64,000 bases of DNA from Narcine bancroftii (GCF_036971445.1 NC_091473.1:90272001-90336000); one strand, 5' to 3'; counted from the stretch's first letter, positions 1 to 12,156 are shown. Numbers and translations are program-made. Notes: generated by a model from the sequence alone, not told the origin.

Positions 1-2059
1 ATTGTTGACCAGAATACTCCATTCTCAAACTTTCCTGCAGTGATTTATTCTAAAACATGAATTTAACAATGAAAGTCGTATTCAATTTGAATTCAAACAT
101 GAGATTAGATTCATATCTTTCATTTTCTAACCTGAACAGGTACTTTGGAGCCTTGGCGAATTTAGAGGTGGCCTTCAATGAGGAACATTCACATTTGTGA
201 CTAAATTGCTCTGAATAATTCCCACTCTCCCACCCACACACAATCTGCTTCCAAATATACTCACATGACTTATAATTTTGCCCAATGTCTCAGTGAGGAA
301 TAACATTTTCTCTTGTTTGTTCTTTGAGTTATTAAGGTATTGGAGAGTTAAACAGTTTTAGGTCAATCAGGCTGAGTGAAATTAGAACATAATATATTAT
401 GTGAGATTTACTGAAATGCGATGTACTGATCTGCTTAGAGAGCCTATTGTGAGTAGCAGCAATTAGTCAATAGATTCCCACAGCTTGACTAATTTAATAA
501 TCTGCATTATCCAATGGTCTTTGAAACTGTTTTGGCTGTAATTTTAACTTTACATGAACTGTGTGATTATATGTTTATTATGAAATTAAATATGCAGTTC
601 TATAATAAAGAATATCTATCAGTGTACTCATCTGTTTTAGTACCATTTGAGATCAAGCTCAAGGTTTGGAAACTTTTCATATCTTAATATCTCAAAGAGC
701 AAACAAGAGTTTATTGTGCATTGAATAAAAAAATTGATTTTTTATTGATGTACTGCAGTGCATTGCATTATCAATTGTGCTCATTCTTTGATGAGAATTA
801 AGATTTCATCTGCCTACTGATGGAGATGTAAAAAAAAAATAATTGAAGAAGGAAGAATGAGATGAGCATTTGTTGAAGCAGAACAGCAAAAACTGCCAAA
901 GACCTGGTAAACATTAATGCTTCAAAATACCAAAGACAGATCATTCATTTCCTTGCCACTTGCAAGATATTGTCATGCACAAATTGGGTGCTGCCTTTAC
1001 CTATATAACAACTGTACTTGAAAAATAATTAATGTCTTGAGGGCGTGAAAGAAGCTGTACAAATGTAGATTCATTATGCAAAAAAAATCATACTTGAACC
1101 TATGATGCATAATGTCTTTCCTCTGAAGTTGCTACTGTTATTCCCTTAGATACATACTGCAGTGATGATTCATCATGCATAAGTCCAGACAGTTAATGTC
1201 TGCATATTATTTGACCACACATGCGTTTTACTTGAGCCTATGATTGCTTAAACTAGTGCAAAAGCAGTCTGTACCGTAAAAGTGACTGGATAAAAAACAT
1301 GTGTCATGTCTGATTTTTTTTTAGGGACATCAAGATGAATTGTATCACTCTCACTGCTGCCTTGCCTGAAATCAATTAACTCACTCTACAAAGGGGATAT
1401 GCAGTTCTGCTGCTGGTGTATGTAGCTCTATTTTGTATTTGGTAGCATCTAGAGAGCATTAGCAAAGAGAAGAATTACATATTATTTCTGAGGTGCTGCT
1501 CTGGTTGCAATGCTGATGTGTGGGAGTTGCCTGAGTTGGTGCTGAGTTGGTTATCATGTTAAATATGATCTCTTACCATGTTGAACACTTTGCATCCTCA
1601 GTTGTTCATTTTATCTGAACAATTTTTAATGATTCTCTGAAGTCCCCCTTCCAGAGAAAAGAGACCAAACTTCTTGTACCTATTTGAAGACCTAGGATCT
1701 AATTACACAACAGTATGGGGTATTGTGGCCCAGGTCTTGGCATATTCTGATAAAAATATGTTTCCAGTTTCATTTACCGCAGGATCATTGCTACTCTTGA
1801 TATTTTTGAATCATTTTCTTACTTCCACATCTAATGCTGTTCCTTGTAGAAAACTATTTGATTCCTGTCTACTACTTATTCCCCAACATGGCCTTCACTT
1901 ATTTTTCTCTCAAGGATACGACATTGGACATATCTGGTGAACAGATAGCCTAACCATCAGGCTTTACCCTGTAAAGGTGCACTAAAATATACCAAAATCC
2001 TTAGCTGAGGATCTGAATGATTACACCAGGGCCATTACGGACTTTATCAAAGCAGCTGT

Positions 2060-2492
2060 TGTAAGGTAAAACATCATGAGATGGGAATGTGTAGGGAGTT
2101 ACCCTGTACAGGGCAGTAACAAGAAGGGGAGGTGTCCTTGTACTCCTGTTAGGTAAAACATCATGAGATGGGAATGTACAGGGCTGTAACAAGATGTGAA
2201 TGCATCCTTGTACTTACAAGATAAGAGAGACATTGATGGATTGAGAGGCAGGAAGCTAGCAGGGAAAGGATAGCAACAGTTTTAGTCATTGGACAAGTAA
2301 TGATATGATGATGTTCTAAGCACATATCCAAGGGTATAAAAAATCACCATTTTGCTGATAACGGCAGAATGCATTCTCCGACTAACATGTTTAGTCGCAA
2401 GTGTTACAATCCGGTAATAAAGAACAAAGAACCCTGATTTCGACTCAGCCTGGTGTTTGTCTCACTCATTCATGAACAAAGCAGACCTAACA
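2060..2492 (+). mobile_element. Solo LTR (433 bp) with 4-bp TSD CTGT
   Basis: TGTAAGGT...ACCTAACA termini; CTGT at 2056-2059 and 2493-2496; TATAAA 2335-2340; AATAAA 2416-2421. Removing it restores the host Rex1 frame (AAV-DK). Confidence 0.9.
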
Positions 2493-2574
2493 CTGTGGAC
2501 AAGTGTGTCCCCAGCAAATCATTCAGGGAGTTCCCTAACAAGAAGCCCTGGATGAACACTAGAACCTGTTGCAT

Positions 2575-2648
2575 ACCAGATCACAGGTATTTAAGTCCAG
2601 AGATCTAGAACACCAGATCACAGGTTTTTAAGTCCAGAGATCTAGAAC
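2575..2648 (+). repeat. 37-bp tandem duplication inside Rex1
   Basis: ACCAGATCACAGGT(A/T)TTTAAGTCCAGAGATCTAGAAC x2. Confidence 0.9.
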
Positions 2649-3854
2649 ACTACACAAAGAGAAGGTAAGACCTAGGGAAAGCTGTCTCCCGGGCAAAGTA
2701 GAGATTCTGAATGAGAATGGATACAATGAAGAATACTCAACAGCTGTGGCAGGGGCTAAATGACATAACCTGCTACAAAACTAAATCTGGTGCAGTAGGA
2801 GACGGGAAAGCTTCCCTCCCAGATAAGCTCAATGCCTTCTACGCCGATTTGATCACTGCACCCACATGTACCCTGATAACCCTCTACAGTCAGTATCCAA
2901 AGATGATATCCAGGCTGCTGTCAGAAAAATGAAACCAAGGAAAGCATCTGGTCTGGAGAGAGTACCCAGCCGAGTACTGAAAATCTGTTCTGACCAACTG
3001 GTCAATGTTTTTTTGATATCTTCAACATCTCACTCTGACAGGGCATGTTATCCACCTGTTTCAAACAGGCCTCAATCATAGTGTGGTAATCTGCCACTGG
3101 ACTACCGACTAGTGCCATTCACATCCACAGTGATGAAGTGTTTTGAGAGGCTGCTGTTGAAGCATGTCAGCTCTTGTCTGAGCGGAGACATAGATCCGTT
3201 CCAATTTGCCAACCACAGCAACAGGTCTATGGCAGATCCCATCTCACTGGCTCCACAGAAAATCCTGGAACACCTGGACAACAAAGGTGCATACATCTAG
3301 ATGTTCTCTATTGGCCACAGTTTGGTATTCAGCACCACCATCCCCTCAAAACTGATCAGCAAACTCAAGACCTGGGCCATAATACCCATACTGTTGTGTA
3401 ATTAGATCCTAGATTTCTGCACCTCCAGACCACAGTGGATTGGAAAGAAAATCACCTCCACAATCTCTATCAGTACTAGAGCACCACATGTCTGCGTACT
3501 TAGTCCCTGCTCTACTCACTTTACATCTACAACTGTGTGTTTGTATGACAGCACATAATTTACAAATTTGCTGACAATACCACAGCAGTAGGCTGTATTA
3601 AAAGGGATGATAAGTCAACGTACAGGAGGGAGACTGAAAACTTGGCAGACTAACAACAACCTCTCACTCATTGTCACCAAAACCAAGGAGCTGATTGTAG
3701 ACTTTAGGAAGGGAAAACCAGAGGTGTAGAATCCAATAGTCTTTAGGGGGCCAGAGATGGAGAGGGTGAGCAAAATCAAATTCCTGGGAGTCACTATTTC
3801 AGAAGAATATTCCTGGACCCAATATACTAATGTAATTATGAAGAAATCATGTCA

Positions 3855-3984
3855 TCAGTTCATCAATTGTTCAGCATTCTCACTGCCTGTGGGAAGAAGC
3901 TGTTTCTCAGCCTGATGGTTCTAGCTCTGATACTCCTATATTTCTATCCTGATGGGAGTAGCTGGAAGATGCTGTGTGAGGGGT
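3855..3984 (-). mobile_element. Antisense Rex1-like 3'-end fragment inserted in the + strand Rex1
   Basis: GGGAAGAAGCTGTTTCTCAGCCTGATGG.. resembles the minus-strand Rex 3' ends at about 16780-16880 and 24665-24780; the host frame resumes at 3985. Confidence 0.6.
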
Positions 3985-4492
3985 ATTTGTGGAAATTCAG
4001 TATGACATCGGAAATCTTAGCAAACTTCTACAGATGTGTATTGGAAAGTGTGCTGACTAGGTGAAGCATGGCCTGGTATGGAGACACCAATATCTCTGGG
4101 TGGAAAACCCTCTAAATGGTAGTGGGCACAGCCCAGAGCATCACATGCAAATCTCTCCCCACCATTGATAAAAATAGATGTGGAAAGCTGCTTTCTGAAA
4201 GTAGCAGCAATCATCAAGGCTCCACATCACCCAGGACATGCTCTGATCTTGCTACTGCCATCATGAAAGAGGTTTTGGTGCTACAAGATTCATATCACCA
4301 GGTTCAGGAACATTTGCTACCCCTCTACCATCAGACCCCTCAACAACAAACTCAATCAGGAACTCATTTTAAGGACTCTTACTTTGTACATTATTTACAA
4401 CTGAATATTTATTTTTTTCTGTATTTACTCAGTCAATTTGTTTACATTTCTTTCTTTCTTTGCATTTCTCTCTTTTGTGTATGTATCTTTTT

Positions 4493-6087
4493 CTTTTTTT
4501 AAAAATTTTTAATTTTTCACACTATGAACCATACTGACCAAAATATACACAAACATTTCCCTCTTGAATATACACAGTGTCATTTTCTCCCCTTTTTCTC
4601 CCTCCCTTCCCTCCCTCCTTCACCCCCCCTCCCCATTCACTCAGCATTCAACATATATGATACATTAAACCCATTAAACCATGTCCTCACACAATGAAAA
4701 TAAACAAGAAATTTGTGTCATCCACTTTTACATACTGGGTCAGTTAATTTCGTCTTCTTCTCCTGTCATTTTAGGTGGTGGAGGTCCGCGGTAGGACTTC
4801 TCTGTTGTGTTCCATGTACGGTTCCCAAATTTGTTTGAATACTGTGATGTTATTTCTTAAATTATATGTTATTTTTTTCCAATGGAATACATTTATTCAT
4901 TTCTGTATTCTCAGGCTATCTTCTGATTTCCAGGTTGACATAATACATTTTTTTTGCTACAGCTAAGGCTATCATAATAAATCTTTTTTGTGCTTCATCC
5001 AAATTGAGGCCTAGTTCTTTACTTCTTATATTACTTAGAAGAAAGATCTCGGGATTTTTTGGTATGTTGCTTTTTGTGATTTTATTTAATACCTGAGTTA
5101 GATCTTCCCAAAACTTTTTCACTTTCTCACATGCCCAAATTGCATGTACTGTTGTTCCTGTATCCTTCTTACAGCGAAACCATCTGTCTGATACTGTTGG
5201 GTCCCATTTATTTAACTTTTGGGGCGTGGTGTATAGCCTGTGTAACCAATTATATTGTATCATGCATAACCTCATGTTGATTGTATTTCTCATAGTTCCA
5301 GAGCATAGCTTTTCCCATGTTTCATTCTTTATCTTTATGTTTAGATCTTGTTCCCATTTTTGTTTGGGTTTACAGCTTGTTTCTTCGTTCTCTTTCTCTT
5401 GCAGTTTGATGTACATGTTTGTTATAAATCTTTTAATTATCATTGTGTCTGTAATCACATATTCAAAATTGCTTCCTTCTGGTAACCTCCGCCTGCTTCC
5501 CAATTTGTCCTTCAAGTAGGTTTTCAGTTGGTGATATGCAAACATTGTACCGTGAGTTATACCATATTTGCACTTCATTTGTTCAAAAGATAATAATTTA
5601 TTTCCTGAAAAACAATTTTCTATTCTTTTGATCCCTTTTCTCTCCCATTCTCTAAAGGAAAGGTTATCTATTGTGAAGGGGATTAGTTGATTTTGCATCA
5701 ATATTAATTTTGGTAGTTGATAATTTGTTTTTTTCCTATCTGTGAATCTTCTTCCAAATGTTGAGCAGATGGTGCAGTACTGGTGAATTCCCATGTTGCA
5801 CCAGCTTTTCATTCCACTTATATAGTATATGTTCAGGTACATTCTCCCCTATTTTATCTAGCTCTAATCTGGTCCAATCTGGTTTTTCCCTTGTTTGATA
5901 AAAATCTGATAGGTATCTTAATTGTGCAGCTCTATAATAATTCTTAAAGTTTGGTAGCTGTAAGCCCCCTTGTTTGTACCATTCTGTTAATTTATCTAGC
6001 GCTATCCTCAGTTTCCCCCCTTTCCATAAGAATTTCCTTATTATTTTCTTTAGCTCCTTGAAGAATTTCTCTGTTAGGTGAATTGGT
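4493..6087 (-). mobile_element. L1-clade LINE, 5'-truncated (ORF2 C-terminus, G-rich 3'UTR, A-rich tail), 15-bp TSD
   Basis: TSD TGTATGTATCTTTTT at 4478-4492 and 6088-6102. ORF 4916-5842 has LLSFEQMKCKY..KWEQDL..YNWLHRLYTTPQKL..RCKKDTGTTVHAIWAC (L1 ORF2 cysteine-rich domain); upstream GGLQLPNFKNYYRAAQL. Confidence 0.92.
4916..5842 (-). pseudogene. L1 ORF2 C-terminal fragment (zf-RVT-like)
   Basis: 308-aa ORF-track translation with L1 ORF2 C-terminal motifs; frameshifted on both sides. Confidence 0.85.
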
Positions 6088-7019
6088 TGTATGTATCTTT
6101 TTATTGAGTACAGTTGGCACTGTCAATAAGTAGAAATTCTGCCTGGCCTGCAGGAACAAGAATCTCAGCGTTATATGTGATATCATGTATGTACTCTGAC
6201 AATAAATGTGAACTTTCTACTTTTGAACTTTGAAAATGGCCGATTGCTCATCCTGGAGAATAAAAGTCATCCTAGATTTCTCAAGCTGCTTACTAGGAGC
6301 CCAGGTGATTTGACTATTTTCCCACTTTTCCTTGCAGGTGAAATCTGGCCTCAGGTTCTACTGACCTTGAGTCACTGCCAGAATTACAAAGAAACACAGA
6401 AACTGGAGTTGGTGAATTCTTGAGCAAACAAAGAATTGCTGGAGGAACTCATCAAGTTAGGCTGTGATATTACGTATAAAAAAAGGGGGAAAGAGTTCGA
6501 GGATGGGTCCAGAGGTGAAAGAGTAGAGGATGGAAGATGTGAGAAGTGGAGAGAGAAGTAGAGGCAGACACCACTGGGACTAAAACTACTTTTGGTTACA
6601 AATTTGCAGAGCACCTTGGGATGTTGCACAAGTGTGCCAGGTTGGACTAAATGATTGCAGACAGTACTGCAGTTTGAGTTTCACCACTAGTCTTGGTATC
6701 CTGCAATGGAAAGGGTAAGTAAATTCATCCAGGATTTCCCTTTTGTATTACTAACCTGTGATTTGAGGTCAAACATGAGCACATACTTGGTGGAACAACT
6801 GTTCTTTGAGATCCAGGAATCTTTAAAGTATGTTTTAAAGACACCAGTGATTCAAGGGATCAGAAAAGGATGGAGAGTGCTGAGATCAATCTTGCAAAAA
6901 TATTTATTTTTGAAGATTAATGAAATATTGATCTATAAAGGCACTTTTTCCTCAAATGTTTCAATTGCTGAAATAATTACTTGTTCTTCAGGTGTTTCCA
7001 GATCTCTGTTCTAATACTG

Positions 7020-7200
7020 AAATGTTTCAAATTTCATCTTCTCCAAAATCATATAACATTGTTTATTATCTCCTGTTCTGCCTCTCATTCCCTTTTTGCT
7101 TAATCTCCACGCTTCACATTTTCTCTTTTCTTGGCGCTGTGAGGGACCTTGTGATGCAGTTACTGTTGCCAGGCGACAGGCATTCAGTGTGAAGGCATGC
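7020..7200 (-). mobile_element. Ancient LINE fragment, probably RTE EN-RT linker
   Basis: 7055-7090 is homologous to 38612-38648 (..TTATCTCCT.T.C..GCCTCTCA); weak AWQ...REI K protein similarity. Confidence 0.35.
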
Positions 7201-8495
7201 AGATCCATATGTCTTATACCTCAGGCTGTCATGGCCCATGGTGCTTTGCTTCCCTGGTGCTTGCTGTCTTCAATGCAGACCTTTTGCATTGAGCATTTAT
7301 CAAAGCACAGCATAGTAATGACCACTCACCAGAGGGGAAATTGAGATGACCCATAGGCCAAAGCTGTTAGAAAGACTGCTGGGAAGGGCAGCAGGATCAT
7401 GGTATCCCTGTCCCACCCACTTAGTAGCCAGTTAGCACAAGAACTGAGAACAGCACTGCTCTGTTCCTCATTGTTTCACAAGGCTCAATATCAAATGACA
7501 AACATTTACTTGGCAGCTATCATAGAACAACGAAAAAGCAGAAGTATAATTAACTCCACACTGCAATATTTTTTCCTTTTGCTCCAGTATATTAATATGA
7601 AATAATATTTCAGTCTCCTTTCTGCTACCTCTTGGAAAAGAAATAAAACATGCCTTTCTGAAGAAGCTCCCAAGTAAACTCCCATGTCAGTTGTCTCCCT
7701 CCCCATCCCTTTGGTTCTAGCACTATTTGAAGAAATCGGAAACAGAGAAGCAAGACAATTAATTGTCACTTTCCCTTCTTCACCAAAGTCTCAATTGCAT
7801 TGAAGATGTTTGTTAACATTTGTTTTCCTCAAGAATTCAAGAATTCACATTCTTTATCTGTTCCTTTATCATCAATTTTTAATAGACATGAAATAGTCAG
7901 TGCCAACTCATACCCCAAAATATGAAACCCTATCAGAAAAAAATAACAATAACCTGACTTGTTTTGAAATAAGATGATTCCCATGAAATATTTGAACAAA
8001 ATCTGAACTTTAAAATTGATCATGATTCATGATACTGAGTTGTTGTTGTGGGAAAGGGTTATATGGAGACACGTTATTTTAACCTTGTGACTTCTTTGGG
8101 GCAAATGTTTGGGCAGTAATTCAGATTCCACCATCCTATTCAGTTCCTCACATTTTCAGTTATGCAATTGAACAAACTACAATGTAAGACCTATTGTTTA
8201 GAAAAGTATATTAGAGAATTTTATTTAGAAATGTTCTGCTAATAGGTAATTTGCTTCGGAAATAATTGCATAAGTGGTGAGGCACGTTTTAAGAAGGACA
8301 TGTTGCTCATTCCAGACAAATAACACAGCAATCCATAAAATAAAACTCCAAGGAAACAGGCCATTCAGTGGAAGAGGTTCATGATAGTTCTGTACCCAGT
8401 GTGAATCATTATCCACACTGTTTAATCTAATCTTATCAACATAATTGTACATATTTTTATGTACTTCCCTGGGTTTCCATTAATTGGATCTATAT

Positions 8496-8782
8496 CAGTG
8501 GTTCTCAAACTTTTCTTTCCACTCACATACCACTTTAAGAATTCCCTATGCCATAGGTGCTCTGTGATTAAGGGATTGCTTAAGGTGGCATGTGGGTAGA
8601 AAGAAAAAGTTTGAAAATCACTCTTTTAATTGTACCTAATTGACTCGTTATGTGCACAGTTTCATAACTCCAAAGGAAATGGGCCAATGACAATATTTCT
8701 CAAGCAAATATTTCAGTAAGAATTTGGTCTAGAGCAGTGATTCTCAACTTTCCCTTCCCACTCACATGCCACCTTAAGCAAT
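8496..8782 (+). mobile_element. Compound hAT/Charlie-type MITE (palindromic unit + spacer + partial second unit)
   Basis: CAGTGGTTCTCAA at 8496 with matching TTGAAAATCACT end at about 8623; second CAGTGATTCTCAA at 8735 after a GTCTAGAG Charlie-type target; inverted copy at 59310-59457. Confidence 0.8.
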
Positions 8783-8982
8783 TGCATAAAAGATAAAGTT
8801 CTGAATCGTCTGCAAAGGCCACCCTGTTATCCTTGTTATTATTTCAGTAACCACATAAGCAAGAGTGTTCCTATTTCTCTCACACACCTAAAACACATTT
8901 CTAATATTTCAGATTTTGATTTATGCAACTTCTGTGGTGTAAGAAATTATATTGCACTAATCCATACCTTGCATTTATAACT

Positions 8983-9370
8983 CAGGGTCGGTGCCAGAAT
9001 AAATGTTAGAGCGGATCATTGGAATGTTAGATGTCCGCACATTCCAGCGCTCGAGAACTCACTCAGTGGGGTGGGGGGGGGGGGGTGGGTGATGCTGACG
9101 ACTAAAAATGTGCAGATGGGGGTAACGGTGGGAGGTGCTGGTGGGAGGGGGTGTTGGCGGGGGTGGGGGGGGATGCGTGGGACCTACCTGTGCCGATGGA
9201 CGCGGCCGCGGAAGGGTAGAAGTCACTGGACACTAGTGACATTTGACACACACTAGTGACGTGGCTGGGCGGGGCTGACAGCATGTGCTGGCTGTGAGTG
9301 AAGGGGCACAGCACATTGCTGGGGGGGGGGTCCATGCCCACAAATGCCCCCCACCTTGGAGCTGACCCTG
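8983..9370. mobile_element. Putative GC-rich non-autonomous DNA transposon with imperfect TIRs
   Basis: CAGGGTCGGTGCCAG ... TTGGAGCTGACCCTG inverted ends; G-run-rich interior; no TSD recovered. Confidence 0.45.
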
Positions 9371-9910
9371 GACGTTATATTATCAAACACCAATAACCCC
9401 AGCATCTTTCCATTATTGCGATTCCTAGATCCAACCCCCATCTCTCTCGACCTCTGTAAACCCAGCCTTGTGCTTTCATTTTGGAGAGCAAAATACATCC
9501 CTACATATAAATTTAGGTGTATTCCCCAGCCAAATTGTTTGTTGCATCTCACTAATTTAATGTGGGGCAAAGTTTGGTCCCCATCTTTCTCTTAACTGGA
9601 GAAAGCAAAAGAATGTCCCATTAGCTACTCCACACTTATTTCTTAATTGTTCAAAAAACATAAGAGATCCGTCCATATAAGAATCATTAACATATCTTAT
9701 TGCTTTGTTGTAGCATGAATTCAATATTTCGTTATCCACATTCATAGGCAATTGTACATTTTGACATAATGGTGTCCTCAGTAATATGTCCTCAATACAT
9801 TAATTTATTTTTTGCCATATTGTATTAATACAGGATCATCTGTTTTTTGTTATTGACTTGACATATCAAATATAAATAAAGTCCTTCATTGACTCCTCTT
9901 TTATTGAATT
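9371..9910 (-). mobile_element. Degraded L1 ORF2 fragment
   Basis: ORF 9557-9751 (MNVDNEILNSCYNKAIRYVNDSYMDGSLMFFEQLRNKCGV..TFFCFLQLR) aligns by eye with FTIDNLSFREWERKGIKRIENCFSGNKLLSFEQMKCKYGI of the L1 at 4916-5842. Confidence 0.7.
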
Positions 9911-9985
9911 CAGTCCCATTTGAAGCCACGAGGGGTGAATATCTTGGTAAGTTGAGAGAATTAAGACAAAGGTTCAGAGACCACA

Positions 9986-10112
9986 GGGCGGAATGGTTAT
10001 TGTCACATTCGCGCAACTCTATTATAGTGCCAGCAACCAGGGTTCAAATCCTGCCTTCTCTGCATTGGGCGGCATAGGTTCGATGTTACCATGCTGTTAT
10101 GTCTAAATTTAA
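9986..10112 (+). mobile_element. tRNA-derived SINE, internally deleted
   Basis: B-box GGTTCAAATCC and tail TTACCATGCTGTTATGTCTAAATTT shared with the other SINE copies. Confidence 0.65.
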
Positions 10113-10304
10113 GAAAATTTAGAAAAATATAAAAGAGGAGAAAAAGAAGCTTGTGATTATCTGGATTACCATACATTAAGATCACCTGTTGTGATTGTAA
10201 TTTACATTATTGCAGACAGAGCAACAATAGATGTTTTCAATCCTCAAGAAACTGTTGAAGGTCATGGATAAGTTTCACAAAAGATCTTTCTGATTTTGAG
10301 CGCA

Positions 10305-10398
10305 ATACACAAATGTGCCTGAGAAATTCAGCAGGTCTCACAGCATCTATCGGAAGCAAAGGATAACCAATGTTTCGAGCCTGGGCCTTTTGTCAAAC
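10305..10398 (-). mobile_element. Penelope-like terminal repeat remnant
   Basis: AAATTCAGCAGGTC..CAGCATCTAT..AATGTTTCGAGCCTGGGCC, same repeat family as 16080, 45640 and 55950. Confidence 0.55.
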
Positions 10399-10629
10399 TT
10401 TCCTGGTTAATGTTTTGATTTTGACAGGGTCTGACAATACATTAATTTACTTGGCAGCAGATATTTCTGAGTTAGAAGGTTAGGAAATGGTGTAGTTCAA
10501 TCTGAAAGGAGATATTTCAATTTCAACAAAGAAAAGTGAGAAGGAATGAGAGGCAGTTTGGCTCATCAGATCATGGTAAATAATTAAAATTAATTTTGGT
10601 GGGGCAAACAAGCAGCAGGTGCAAAAATC

Positions 10630-11330
10630 ATTGAGGTGAGATGAGCAAATTTAAATTCCTGGGAATTACTATCTCACAGGACCTTACCTGGACTCAACAT
10701 ACTAATGTGATCTACTTCCTCAGGAGTTTATGGAGAAACTTTGGCAAACTTTGACAGATGTTTGGTGGAAAGTGTGCTGACTGGCAGCATCACAGCCTGG
10801 TATGGGGGCATCAATATCTCTGAGTGAAAAGTCCTGTATAAGGTAGTAGACACAGCCCTGCACATCAAAAGTAAAAGTCTTCCCACTATCAAGAAAATCT
10901 ATATAGAACACTGCGGTCGGAGAGTAACAACAGTCATCAACGATACACACCACGCTCTGTTCTTGCTGTTGCCATCAGGAAGGAAAGAGGTAAAGATGCC
11001 GCAAGCCTCATTCCATGAGGTTCAGTAACAGTTGCTACCCTCCATGATCAGACTCCTAAACAACAAACTCAATCAGAGACTCATTTAAGAATTCTTACTT
11101 TGCACATTATTTATTACTGAATTTTAATTTTTTTCTTCTGTGGTCAGTTTATTTACACTTCTTTCTTTGTTTACATTTCTTTCTTTTGTGTATTGCCTTT
11201 TCTTGGGTGCAGTTTTTTTGCACTACCGATAAGTAGAAATTATGCCTGGCCCACAGGAAAAAGAAACTAAGGGTTGTAAATGATGTCACGTACTGTACTC
11301 TGACAATAAATCTGGCTTTGAACTTTGGCC
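10630..11330 (+). mobile_element. Rex1/Babar-like LINE 3' fragment
   Basis: KFLGITISQDLTWTQH, ESVLTGSITAWYG; 3'UTR homologous to 4330-4490 plus 6103-6233. Confidence 0.8.
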
Positions 11331-11409
11331 TCTGAATGATGGTTGTGGAGTGGGTTACAATGTAAATGATGGAATTTGAAGGTTCACATACAGTTACAGG
11401 TCATACCAT

Positions 11410-11840
11410 AACATTGGACTAATCAACATTCGACTGGGCAAATCAAGTAAGCATGAACAATGTAGAGGATGAATTCCTGGGAAGTATACGAGATGTATTT
11501 CTAACGGTGTGTTGAAGACGGTTTAGGGAGCAGGCCATTTTAGTTTTAATATTGTGTCATGAGAAAGGGATACCAACCCTCTGATTTCCAACCAGAGAGC
11601 CAACTCTCTAAGAGTGATGAATATTTGGAATTCATGGTTCCAGATGGATATGGACGCTCAGTATTTGATTATATTTAAAACAAAGCTCAATTGATTTTTG
11701 GATATGAAAGGAATCAAATATGTGGAGATCGGGCTCGAAAATAATGTTTGAGGCAGGGGATAATGCATGCTCTTGTTGAATGGCAGAGCAGCTCATGGAG
11801 CCAACTGGCCTACTGATCCTATTTCTTACAATGTATGTCT
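11410..11840 (+). mobile_element. CR1 fragments (endonuclease region and 3' end)
   Basis: VEDEFLGSIRD.FL..REQAIL..ILCHEKG-like translation; 3' tail ATGGAGCCAACTGGCCTACTGATCCTATTTCTTA. Confidence 0.55.
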
Positions 11841-12057
11841 CCCACAGGAGGAAAGATCTCACTGTTCAAAGATGATATTCTATACATCCACAGATCAGAT
11901 ATTCTACAATTTTCCACAAATGCAAAGTTATTTTGGCTTTACATTAATAAAAAATGTGTATGAATTCACTCGCACTTCTGTTCTGCCAATCCTTGCAGTG
12001 ATTGTTTCACAGTACTTTGCCTCCGAAAAAAACAGATTATAACTATGTCAAGTCAAA

Positions 12058-12156
12058 TAAATTTAGACATTCATATAGCACGGTAACAACAGGCCCTTCC
12101 AGCCCATGAGCCTGTACTGCCCTAATACCATATTGTATGTTTTGGAAGGAGGGAGA
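12058..12156 (-). mobile_element. V-SINE 3' half (split by Gypsy insertion)
   Basis: Reverse complement of the SINE tail; continues at 15062. Confidence 0.8.

Larger units (their letters stand above)
2000..6233 (+). mobile_element. Rex1/Babar-like non-LTR retrotransposon, 5'-truncated and decayed, interrupted by three nested insertions
   Basis: Frameshifted ORF pieces DLNDYTRAITDFIKAAV|DKCVPSKSF..NKKPWMN, KPRKASGLERVPSRVLKICSDQL, TSTVMKCFERLLLKH..DPFQFA, KFADNT. The 3'UTR resumes at 6103 and matches the copy at 11160-11330, ending in a (GAACTTT)-like tail. Confidence 0.85.

Noticed and set aside
1-1950. Possible exons in the unique AT-rich start
   Set aside because: No convincing acceptor-ORF-donor combination or recognisable peptide.
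2575-2648. CRISPR-like 37-bp repeats
   Set aside because: Two directly adjacent copies with no spacer, inside a LINE in eukaryotic DNA.
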